64,000 nt of DNA from Podarcis pityusensis (taxonomy: Eukaryota), in assembly GCA_964106645.2 (NCBI GenBank), contig OZ067045.1. One strand, given 5' to 3'. Under the pieces are notes generated by a model. It saw only the letters and a program-made list of their open reading frames with translations, was not told where the DNA came from and did no database searches. Shown here in pieces: positions 25,281-35,794 of this stretch. A program made the translations under genes and the position numbers. How positions within the stretch are numbered: the stretch's first letter is position 1; the number at the start of each line of letters is the position of its first letter.

Positions 25281-25972
25281 AACACATGTTTTCGATACTG
25301 TACTTTCCTTGAATAATTTGCCAAGGAATTACTCCCGTTAGTGTTCCTTCCTAATGTAGCAGCAAGCTCTTTTTAAAAAAAATAATAATATATGCAACCA
25401 TTATTAAATAGGTCCTCGGTGAATAGAGTTTAATTTCAAGCCTGTTAACATACTGTGTATGCTGATCCCATTGACTTCAAATGGACTATGGATCAGGCCT
25501 GCAGGGGGTTATAAAGAGCAGAAGGAGAACAGACACACAGGCCAGCCAAACAATTCACCTTGCTCCCCTTTGAATAGCAGAGTCCTTGCTCCCTCTAGAG
25601 GGAAAGGAAGGCAAGCAAACTTTGAATTGCAGTGGAACAAGAGCAGCTACAGTAAGCCAGCAGTTTAACTTGTGCACATTCAGCTATATGAATGAGGCAA
25701 AAATTACAAGTACATTTAAAAGAGGGCAGGGCTCCAGGTGGCAGTCCCACCTGACATTGAACCTGGTGGACTTTGACTATACGTGATTTTGGCTTTGGAA
25801 ATTAACCCCCATATACGTTGTGGACTTACTGTACATTAAGTGGGAAACATGGGTCCCCGAGATACAGCCAGCTTTCCAAACCTGTGGTAGGGTGAGAGGG
25901 ATGGGCTAGCCTATTTTTGTACCGAGTTGATTACATATAAACTGAATTATAAGTCTGTTCGGTCCCAGATTT

Positions 25973-26009
25973 TGCGCGCGCGCGTGTGTGTGTGTGTGTG
26001 TGTGTGTGT
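25973..26009. repeat. (GC)5(GT)n alternating purine-pyrimidine tract
   Basis: tgcgcgcgcgcgtgtgtg..., seen directly. Confidence 0.95.
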
Positions 26010-26529
26010 TTAATGAATCAGAAACCCTTAAAAGTTTGGAAGGGACCCAGGGTGTCATCCAGACTGACCAACAACAACAACAACAACAAATAATTGTGGA
26101 GCTGGGAGAGGGCAACTACATTGATTAAGAGTCTGGAGCAACTGTGCAGTGTTTGGGACTTTTAAGTTTAGAATAAAAGGTAAGTATGGTGGGCCTGATC
26201 CAGCCTGCAGCCTGATCCAGCGCTGCTCCTCTTATGTTCTCAGGTTCATAATACATCGGAGCATTGCAAGCTGGAAAATTCATTAAGTAATAATGAATTA
26301 CAGCAACATCATCAATCACATTGTTTATTTTGTATAGTTATACCCTCCCTTTCTCTAATCATGGGATGCAGTGTGGTATATATAGACCTCTGCAGGCCAT
26401 CTCCCATCCAGGCTCTCAAACCTGGTCATGAGTCTCAAGACAGGGTTCTCGGAATTGCAGGCTGCTTCTTACAGCATGTGTCTTATTTATATAGCAAATG
26501 ATGAAGAAACTAGAAGCCTGAAGGGACAG

Positions 26530-26648
26530 CTTTACAGCTTGAGTGACCATCTGTCATGTATGATCTTGTTGAGGTTCCTGCAGTGCAGCGGGGTGGACTA
26601 GATGACCCTCGGGAACCCTTCCAGCTCTACAATTCTATATGATTTATG
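26530..26648 (+). mobile_element. Short CR1 3' terminus
   Basis: ttcctgcagtgcagcggggtggactagatgaccctcgggaacccttccagctctacaattcta. Confidence 0.75.
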
Positions 26649-27100
26649 TAGGAAGAGGATGAAGGTGCTATCCCAGCTTTAACCACCAGAGGGAGGCATA
26701 CAATAGCCTTCACATACACAGGTCAGAATGTGGATCCTAAATGAGACCCGAATATATCGCTGTGACTATGTTTGCATCAATGGGTGCTTGTTTCTTTAAC
26801 ATGAAAAAGCAGGCTTTGTCGAGAACCCAGGAGAGTTGGGGTGGGGTGGGGATGAGCTCAAGGGGAAGACATCACACAATGCAAAGTTAATTCATTTGTA
26901 TATTAAACCTCTGCAAAATGCAACGATGGCCTCTGGCTAAGACGACTTTCAAAAGGGATTAGCCAAATACACAGAGCATAAATGGAACCTCTAGCTTCAG
27001 TGGCAGTCTACCACTGAGAAGTAAATGCTGGGAGGGGCAGCAAGGGAGAGGGCTCTTGTCTTGCCTTTCCACTGAATTGGCAATGATGAACTAGGGGCAG

Positions 27101-27555
27101 TATAGGAAAGCAGGCTTATACTGAGTCAGACCATTGGTCCATCTAGCGCATGGGTAGGCAAACTAAGGCCCGGGGGCCGGATCTGGCACAATCGCCTTCT
27201 AAATCCGGCCCGCGGACAGTCCAGGAATCAGCATGTTTTTACATAAGTAGAATGTGTGCTTTTATTTAAAATGCATCTCTGGGTTATTTGTGGGGCATAG
27301 GAATTTGTTCAAAATATAATCCGGCCCCCCACAAGGTCTGAGGGACAGTGGACCGGCCCCCTGCTGAAAAAGTTTGCTGACCCCTGTGACTAGCGCATGA
27401 TTGTCTGCACTGACTGGCAGCAGCTCTCTAGGATTTCCTGCAGGAGCTTCCCCCCACCCCCCACCCCCAGCCATTCCTGGAGATGACAGGAATTGAACTT
27501 GAGTATACTCCATGCAAGGCAGATGCTCTGTCAACTGAGCTACTGTCCTCCCCCT
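27101..27555 (-). mobile_element. Squam2-like SINE split by a hAT MITE
   Basis: Tail part at 27101-27148 (ttatactgagtcagaccattggtccatctag) and head part at 27390-27555 (gcatgcaaggcagatgctct...ctgagctac). Confidence 0.75.
27149..27386. mobile_element. Young hAT (Charlie-type) MITE, copy 1
   Basis: Imperfect TIRs catgggtaggcaaact and agtttgctgacccctg. Flanks share ctagcg. Close inverted homologue at 59288-59539. Confidence 0.9.
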
Positions 27556-27559
27556 GTTA

Positions 27560-27750
27560 AGGACACAGGAAGTCACCTTAAACTGAGTCAGGCTATTGAG
27601 CCATTTAGCTCTGTATCATCAACACTCACTGGCCGCAACTTCCCATGGTTTGGGGGCAGGGAAGGGTCTTCCCCAGTCCTAACTAGAGATACAAGGGTTT
27701 GAAACTGGGACCTTCTGCATGCAAAACAGATGTTCTACCATTAAGTCACC
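27560..27750 (-). mobile_element. Squam2-like SINE, tandem second copy
   Basis: gggaccttctgcatgcaaaacagatgttctacca and ctgagtcagg...ccatttagctc. Confidence 0.7.
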
Positions 27751-27839
27751 TTGGGGCCAAAATGGATGAAGACTTGATGAAGATGGAACAGGGTGCAGTG
27801 GCACAACAGGGAATCATGGGAGGACAGAAACATGTTTGG

Positions 27840-28280
27840 TGGCGGAAATGACTGGCAGAATCCGAGACCAGGGAGAAGAGTCGGTGGAAGAAGATTGGAA
27901 GAAATTCAAAGACTATCTACAGAAATATTGCAAAATTAATGAATGTTAGAATGATGTTGGATAGAAATTAAGTGGTTTTCAGCTGTAATACTATAAGGGA
28001 ATATGAAAAATGGATTATTAATAGGTAAAAATTTAACGTTACAATATTTTAAGATTAAAGACTAGGATAAACAAAGAGGGTAAGGATTTGCTGAACCAAC
28101 AAACCTAACTGGAATACAAAAAAGGGAGGCGTGAGGAGGTTCGGGAAACAAGTTAATGAAAAATAAGTAATGGAAAGATTGAGTTGTTTTTAACCATTTT
28201 TATTTTGTATTTTTTTTCCTTTTTTCCTTTTTATTTTGTAACATTTTGAAAATCTCAATAAATATCTTATAAAAAAAAAA
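27840..28280 (+). mobile_element. L1/Tx1-type LINE, short 5'-truncated copy
   Basis: The last 110 nt of ORF2 (AEMTGRIRDQGEESVEEDWKKFKDYLQKYCKINEC*) match 63245-63354. Has a 3'UTR, AATAAA, poly(A) and a perfect 14-bp TSD agaaacatgtttgg (27826-27839 and 28281-28294). Confidence 0.93.
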
Positions 28281-28329
28281 AGAAACATGTTTGGAAAGGG
28301 CAGGGGAGTAGCAACATTGTCCAATGATG

Positions 28330-28526
28330 TTCACTGTTGTGTATACCATACCCAATGTTGTGAATGAAATTTAGCGCGACATGTCAACATATCAGTCAAG
28401 AACCACAGTTCCATAATGCAACAGTAGTGTGCTGTAGTGTGAAAGGAACATTAGGAAACAGGACAGAGGTGCTAGTATTATAATCAGAAAAACTAACACC
28501 ATATTCTCCATGCCTGAATGCACCCC
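28330..28526 (-). mobile_element. Old DNA-transposon end (Harbinger-like); further copies at about 38936-39110(+) and 41530-41720(+)
   Basis: Three dispersed copies begin ggtgcattcag(a/g)catg...tgttagttttt...taatgttcctttc. Confidence 0.6.
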
Positions 28527-29302
28527 TAGTCTGAGACTGTAAACTCAGGGTAGCCAAGATGGTGGGTTGGACTCCATCTCCCATAATCCCCATCCACTGG
28601 CCATGTCAGCTGGGGATGATGGGAGCTGGAGACTAACAACAACTTGAGAGCAGTAGGCTGCTCTAACTGTTATGCCACACTGGCTCCCTAATGTGAAACC
28701 TAGAGCTAAAACCCCCACAAATGTTGGCAACCATCCTTCGCGAGTCAGGAAGTAGACTCCAGATCCCATTTTAAAAAGGCTGTTGCATTTTTAATCACTA
28801 TCTTAACAGCACTATCTTTAGCACTGTAAATTACAGGATGAAATACGGCACCTCCATTGAGGTCTCACTATTAATTTTTACATTTCAAAAAGCTCTTAGC
28901 CATCCTATAAAGTTTTATGAGCACTTCTGGTCTACCCTGACCTAATGAGTGAGAGGTGTCAGAGAAAAGAAATGACCCCTAAGAGGCTTCATTTTGGGCC
29001 ATCTATCTGGCAGGCACACATGTCCACTTAGCCTAAACTCCTCCACATACAAGCTATGTAATAGGGTAACAATAATAATTTATTTTAACAATAATAATAA
29101 TGCTGCATATTTTGAGATTACACACCAGCATTTCCAGCTTTCCATTAATGGCATTTCAGCCAGAAAGCTTATTATGGACAGTTCAGCTGTTTCCAGGCTC
29201 GTTTTTCATTGAATCTCAATTGGGAGTAGATATAAACTTCTCAAGGTTACATGGCTCCTTGCTTCCCTGTCACACATTGCCACAAATGACCAAACTCTAA
29301 AT

Positions 29303-29436
29303 CAGGGCCAAGAAACCAGTGACTCTCCTGCTCTTGCTGGATTCCAACACTCACCAGCCCCGGCCAGAATGGGCAATGGTCAAGATGGTGGCAGTTAAAG
29401 TCCAACATCCGAAGGGCCACAGGTTCCCCATCTCTG
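29303..29436. mobile_element. hAT (Charlie-like) MITE, same family as 4685-4812
   Basis: Ends caggg... and gggccacaggttccccatctctg, with degenerate flanks ctctaaat and ttccagat. Confidence 0.65.
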
Positions 29437-29818
29437 TTCCAGATGAAAAGAGGATGCTGATGCAGAACAAGCATAAGTTCATCAAGTTCCTTTTAATCTA
29501 TACTGACTGCTCCATAAAATTTCTGCTTGGGCTGATTTCAAGCTTACTTTCTAAATTTGGTGATGGAATCCTCAAGAGGGAAGGGAAATCGCCACCAGAT
29601 ATTTCTGACTCCTACAAAAGGACTCTACATACTCAAAAGCTCTTTTGCACAACACCCAATGAAACTACATTGCAGTTGTCCCCAGTTAGCAAACACAGTC
29701 CTTATTTTCTGGACCCTCTCCCTGGTAACTCTGTTTCAGCTTTGACCCATTTTTTCCCTTTTGGGGCAGCAATCCTAAGTATGAGGGTGTCCCTTAGGGT
29801 AACTATGTGCCCTCCTTT

Positions 29819-30195
29819 CAGGGCCAGATTTAGGTTTGATGAGGCCCTGAGCTACTGAAGGTAATGGGGCCTTTATATGTCCAGCTGTCCTTTGTCAACA
29901 AAAAATTGTTGCTGTTTTTTGTGTTGAATATATGCTATATGGCAATTTATGGACCTAATAGGTATCTAAAGCCATTTGCACATAACAAAAGGCTAGCAGG
30001 CGGGGCCCATTAATTACATCATAGGAGGCTACACAACACAAAACACTGCTGCTGTATGTAGGTTTTATTTTGTTTTTTATCTTATATTTTGGAAATGTAC
30101 ATCCAGTTTTTCCCCTTTATTTTTTTTTGGGGGGGGGGCAAGAGCATGGGGCCCTAAGCTATAGCTTGTTTAGCTTATACATAAATCCGGCACTG
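29819..30195. mobile_element. hAT MITE
   Basis: TIRs cagggccagattta and taaatccggcactg (12/14). Perfect 8-bp TSD cctccttt (29811-29818 and 30196-30203). Confidence 0.9.
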
Positions 30196-31514
30196 CCTCC
30201 TTTACAGGGTAAAATCCTCTCTTTAAGGTCACCCATGTTTGATGAAGTCCTTTGTTTGGAAGGTTCTCTGGCACAAGTTCAAAACCCTCAAGAACCGAAG
30301 GCAGGAGAGCAGGGCTCCCCAGGGGTCTTGAAAGTGCTCATCAACAGTTAGTGCCTGGAAAGAGAATTGAGCAGGCACCTGGGTCACCAGGTCACTGCCT
30401 CCTTTCACTCTGGTGAAATGTATTTCCTCTACATGTGCATTTATGGCATGACTTCCTAAAATTCTCCACCTGATTTGTAGGGGGGAAATTTGGCAAAGCG
30501 GGGGATTTCACCAAGTTGTCTCCAGAAGAGTGGGTGGAAATCTTGAACACTTCAAGTGGAAGTGTAAAAGAAACAATTTTTGGTGGGTAGGGATGAGGCA
30601 GAGAATTTCTCAGAAAATAATCTGAATGTTGAATCAAACTATTGTTAGTTCAACCTGGTGGATGAAGGAAGCAAGAGATTAAGAATAGAGGAGGGCGGGG
30701 GGGGGGGGAAAGCTTCACCAATATTAAAATAATATTAAATAATATTAAATCTGAATCCACAGTTGTGCCCAAAATTCTCTGCCAAGGAGAGTGGGCTGAA
30801 ATTCTCAGAAAATGCCCTTAAAAATTATTTTTTCAATACATTTGAACCCAGCTGCAAATCCCTTGTCAAAAAGGCTCAGCAGCTCCATCATTTGCCGGAT
30901 GTGATTTGTTTCTAATGTATGAATTAAATGGCATGGGGACATTTCCTGCGGACAGCAGACATGCGTCTTCCCAACTTCCTTGTACAGAGTATTTTGCTTA
31001 GAATAATTTGTGACTTGTTACAGAGGGGATTAGAGAAAGAGAAAGAAAGGGGCTTGATAGCTACAGTGTTACTAATTAAATATTAAATCAAAGCCACTCT
31101 TGTTAAGTCTATTATCCTTACATCTCTGGTATGCGTGCTCTGAACTCGGCACATTATTTCGAGCAGTTATTGGAATCATCTGTTGAGGGAAATCTCATTT
31201 CTCATTGCCAAATCTGGTGTTGGAACGGCAAAACTAAAAGCGTGGGGGCCAGCTTCATGCTGCGTCCATGTGTAGGCTTCCAAGAATTTATTGACCTGGA
31301 TTCCACATGGTGGTTATTCATCTGAAGCCCATCTCAGCTTCTTCTGCTCCTTTGCTGTCAACCTATGAGTGAAAGTTGGAATGGTTTTTGTTCGTCTGTT
31401 AGGAATTATAGGTACCGACATCATAGAACTGTAGAGCTGGAAGGGACCCAAATAGCCAACTAGTCTCAGCACCTGCAAAGTAGGAATAACACAGCTGGAC
31501 ATCACACACAGAAA

Positions 31515-31692
31515 CACAGGAAGACGCCTTATGTTGAGTCAGACCACTGGTTCATCTAGGTCTGACTGGCAGAAGTTCTCAAAAATCCCCATCAGGAGAC
31601 ATTCTCAGGTCCTTCCTGGAAATGCTGGGGATTGAACCCAGGCCCTTCTGCATGCAAAACCAGTGCTCTACCACCAAGCTACAACCCTTCCC
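31515..31692 (-). mobile_element. Squam2-like SINE
   Basis: gagtcagaccactggttcatctag ... gggattgaacccaggcccttctgcatgcaaa. Confidence 0.72.
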
Positions 31693-31736
31693 CATAAGAA
31701 CATGAAATGGCAGGAGACCCAACCCAACTCCATATA

Positions 31737-31962
31737 CAGTGGTACCTCGGATTACATATGCTTCAGGTTGCAGACTCCGCTAACCCAGAAATATTACCTC
31801 AGGTTAAGAACTTTGCTTCAGGATGAGAACAGAAATTGTGCTCTGGCAGCACGGCAGCAGCAGGAGGCCCCATTAGCTAAAGTGGTCCTTCAGGTTAAGA
31901 ACAGTTTCAGGTTAAGAACAGACCTCCAGAACGAATTAAGTTCTTAACTTGAGGTACCACTG
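31737..31962. mobile_element. Tc1/mariner (Tigger-like) MITE, copy 1
   Basis: TIR cagtggtacctc...gaggtaccactg with TA on both sides. Inverted homologue at 44103-44328. Confidence 0.92.
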
Positions 31963-32045
31963 TAAATGCAGAAGAGAACCACCCTCTTGTTGAAGTGTTT
32001 GGCTCCCGGGCCAATAATATTTTTATTCCCGTCGGGGTTATGTAT

Positions 32046-32178
32046 TCCTTCCAGTAGCACCTTAGAGACCAACTAAGTTTGTCATTGGTATGAGCTTTCG
32101 CATGCATGCACGAAGGAAGGATTTTTTTTTTAAAAAAAATTGACTATGGCAGACCAACACGGCTACCTACCTGTAACT
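32046..32178. mobile_element. Penelope-like element terminal remnant with inverted 5' part
   Basis: gtagcaccttagagaccaactaagtttg...gagctttcg (inverted) is joined to gactatggcagaccaacacggctacc, recalled as a reptile PLE pseudo-LTR. Flanked by the 12-bp direct repeat ggggttatgtat (32034-32045 and 32179-32190). Confidence 0.75.
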
Positions 32179-32389
32179 GGGGTTATGTATGGTTTGGACC
32201 CTCACCAGGAAAACACAGTTGGGCCGCAAGAATTGCTAGCAGGTTATGTGTCCCATTGCTTTCCAATACAAATGAGCAAATCTGTCAGTTGAGGTTTCTC
32301 TCACTTCCTCATTTATCTACACTTTTAAGTTCAGTTCTCTGCATTTCCACATCAGTTTGTGATTTATGTCTTTTAATGTCCTTGTGAAA

Positions 32390-32828
32390 ACCCACCAGCT
32401 TCAGACTGAAAGCATGATGATACCCATAGCTGTCAACTTTTCCCTTTTTTTGCAAGGAATCCTATTTGGAATAAGGGAATTTCCCTTTAAAAAGGGGGAA
32501 AGTTGATAGCTATGATGATACCACTTGAAACAGCCATGGGCTCCTCCCCCCCCCCCCCAGTATTCTGGGGAATGTAGTTTGTTACGGGTGCTGAGAGTTG
32601 TTAGGAGCCCCCCCCCCATTCCCCTGAGAGAGCTACAACCCCCAAGAGCAGTTTAACAGTCAATCCTCTCTTCCCAAGGAACTCTGGGAATTATAGCTCT
32701 GTAAGAGGAATGGGGTCTCCTAACAATTCTCAGCACCTTAAGAAGCTATATTTTTCAGAATTCTTTATGAAAAGCCATGGACTGTTTAAAGTGGTATCAT
32801 GGTGCTTTCAATGTATGGTGTGGAGACA
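32390..32828. mobile_element. Palindromic Harbinger-like MITE, same family as 42988-43317
   Basis: Long inverted arms ...ctggggaatgtagtttgtt...gtgctgagagttgttaggag and ctcctaacaattctcagcacc... Confidence 0.75.
32425..32514. mobile_element. 90-bp hAT micro-MITE nested in the Harbinger-like MITE
   Basis: 16-bp TIRs catagctgtcaacttt and aaagttgatagctatg (15/16). Perfect 8-bp TSD atgatacc (32417-32424 and 32515-32522). Confidence 0.9.
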
Positions 32829-34671
32829 TATGGTCTCCGCCTGAATTTTCTGTATTTAGGTCAATTTGGTCACTAAACTGCACTGCTTTCCTTAGGACCT
32901 GGCTCACTAGGGGTTATTTTACATATTTGGGGCAAAACATCACCCTGAGATAATTTTTCCTATCCTGTCATTGCATGGAAAATGTTTCTTCACAACTGCC
33001 GCCACATGGCCAGATCAACACCTAAGAAAAGAAAGAAAGAATTTGCCATCATTTTCTAGAATGCAGTTAAATATTGATTTCATCACATGAAGAGAAAACT
33101 TCAGCATAGGAGAGTCATGATGGCATCTCCCCATCAAATATCCACATCTATCTATCTCTATAGATCAGCAAAGGAAGCTTCTGAATGGTCAAGTACCAAG
33201 AAATATCAGTAGACCTCTATGAAAAGAGGCTGACATGGAACGGCCACATATTTCTAAAGGGAGAACATTGCACTCAGGTATTTTTAAAATAAGAAAATTG
33301 GGTTGGTATTACTAAAGATACATCCTCGCATGTTTCACAAGTAGACCCTTAAATTAAAAAAACAGACACCTGCTCTATTTTATTGAATACTGAACCAGTT
33401 CACACAAGTAAATACACTTGTTCAAAGGAATTCAAGGAGTAATTCTTCGCTTGAAAGAGCATGTGATTTAATCCATTGTTATATTCTTAGCTGGCTCATT
33501 TTCTAAGATCTTTGTCACATTTGCTATAATTTAATATTTTAGATATCCTTTAAACGAGTGTGAAAGCTTTTCAATGCCTTTCTTTATTCAGAAAAGTTCT
33601 CCCTTTTTTTGCCTATAATTGAGTTCAAACTGGTTTTGTGAGAGACTTCTTCAGATAAACTGTATACATTTTTGTTCTTATCTCACTTTCCAGCTTTTGA
33701 TCAACAGCAGCGTATGAGTGTATGTATGTTACATTCAAGAGCTAACCAAATTTATTCAACAGATTATACATTAATTTTGCTATTAGAACATAATATGAAC
33801 AGATAATCCACAGCAATGTGTCAGAATTTTTCTTGAAACTGAATTTAATTATAACGAGTAATGTGTGTCTGAGAATTATAATTATGAAGACTCGTGTTCT
33901 GTAAATCTGAAATGACAGATTATATTTCAAAGCCTCATTGCAAAGGAATTACAGCACCAATTTATTAGTTGTAAATGTCTGATTATTGTGGCTTTGCTTA
34001 AAAAAAAACCCCATGATCAGAGTATATTCTAGCTGGATTTAATCCTTCTGACCAAAGAGAGAGATTTCATACAGAAAGTGGACACTGTGTTAATTTGTTT
34101 ACAGGACACGCATTCAAACAATTTATCTTTGTTTCACAGTCCCTGAACGGTAATGATTTAAAGATACTTTATGCAACTTTGTACTATATTTCCCTGCAGG
34201 GAAAGTGATTAAGAAATGTGCATTAACCTAGCAGCGGTACAATTATCGCTTTAGGTCTCCAACATTGTTTCATGTGTAGCTCCTTTTGTTACATAGCGAT
34301 AACATGCAGATAGGAGGGTGGATTCCACTTCATTGACCATGAGTTCCTTTGCATGACAGTCAGCTGAGGAAAGCACCAGAGGTTTTGCTATTTATCAGCC
34401 TTTCGCCTCCTGCTCAAAGCAGCTAACTTCCCAACCAGGCCATTAGGTGATGAGCAAGCTTAATGAGGTGGAGTCTCCTGAATAGAATGCTCCTGTGTTA
34501 AACACAGGAAAGCGTAATGGGGTTCGGACACTCAATCTGGCATTGTTGCACTTCTAATGATGTCCCCCTTAATGGAATGGGCCTGCTGTGTGTCATAATA
34601 GAATATGTCATTTCAGCATTCGTCAGAGAGTAAAGCTTTTAAAGAACCTGGTCACTGATCCAGAATAACAC

Positions 34672-35043
34672 AGGAACATAGGAACTGCCTTATACCCAGT
34701 CAGACCATTGTTCCATCGAGTTCAGTTTTGTCCACATTGACTGACAGCAGCTGTCCAGGATCTCCAACAGAAATCTTTTTCGAGTCCTACATGAAGAAAT
34801 TGAGGGTTGAACCTGTGATCTTCTGGGTTTAAAGCTTGTTCTCCACCACTAAACTATGGGCATAGGACCTTTCACTGAGTCACACCATTTGTCTATCTAG
34901 CTCAGTATTATCTTTACTGGCAGCAGCACTTTAGGGTTTCAAATAGAGATACTGTCCCAACTTTGCCTGACAATGCCAGGGATTAAACCAAGGACCTTCT
35001 GCATGCAAAGCAGGTGTCCTATTGCTGAGCTGCGGTCCTTCAC
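34672..35043 (-). mobile_element. Two tandem Squam2-like SINEs (about 34672-34860 and 34865-35043)
   Basis: Each has the tail agtca(g/c)accatt...atc.ag.tcag and a tRNA-like head on the reverse strand. Confidence 0.72.
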
Positions 35044-35794
35044 CAGTTTAGTTGTACAGACAGTTCAGAATTCTAAGATCCAGGGGAAAATTGTGTTGGA
35101 GATGATTTCAGAACCAAACCAACCATATTTCTCTAGATGCTATTTTACCAAGGAACTCCCAAAACCCACTGATGAGCTTTTGGTGATGTGACGTGCATTT
35201 CTTGGACAGGAAACAGTGTACATGGCTGAGTGATCCCAAAATTATTTTGAGGAACACATGAAAAGTTTCCAGTACAGGTTTTAAACAGGATCAGCTTGAC
35301 TGTGTTAACTTGGTGAACCCACACTGACGAAATGTAACGGAAACACCCACCCAAATCCATATCTCTATCGCGTTTTCCTTATTCAGAAAGTCACATCCAA
35401 TCCTGAGTGCTTTTCCATGCAAAGTTTCCATGGGCAAGCCAAGAGAAGCATGCTGGGAGGCTTGATAAGAATTCCATGCTGAGCAAACTGGCACACTGTC
35501 ATCTTTTCATTGGCTCTGTGTCTGCAACCTAACCCAATGCAAGTAAATTCAAGAACAGCTGATGTGAGAGGAGGGAAGTGAAAACATGCGTTCCTTGCCA
35601 GCTGATTGGACCACAGAAACTAGCATCATTTCTGGTCTCTGTTGCGTTATGGTTCTGAAGGGACATACTGTAGAGCAGCCAGAAGCAGGAGTAGTTCATC
35701 ACTGCAGTAAGTCATTTGAATTTCAACACAAGGGCCACAATTTTTTACTTCTTTTGCTACTACACCTGTGTATGTTGCCAGGAGGTCAGGAAAC

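Noticed and set aside
35310-35350. Hammerhead-like CTGACGA...GAAAC
   Set aside because: There is no pairing stem II between the boxes and no correctly placed NUH/stem III. The other CTGATGA hits I checked (about 13037, 13775, 21108, 35169) also lack the architecture.
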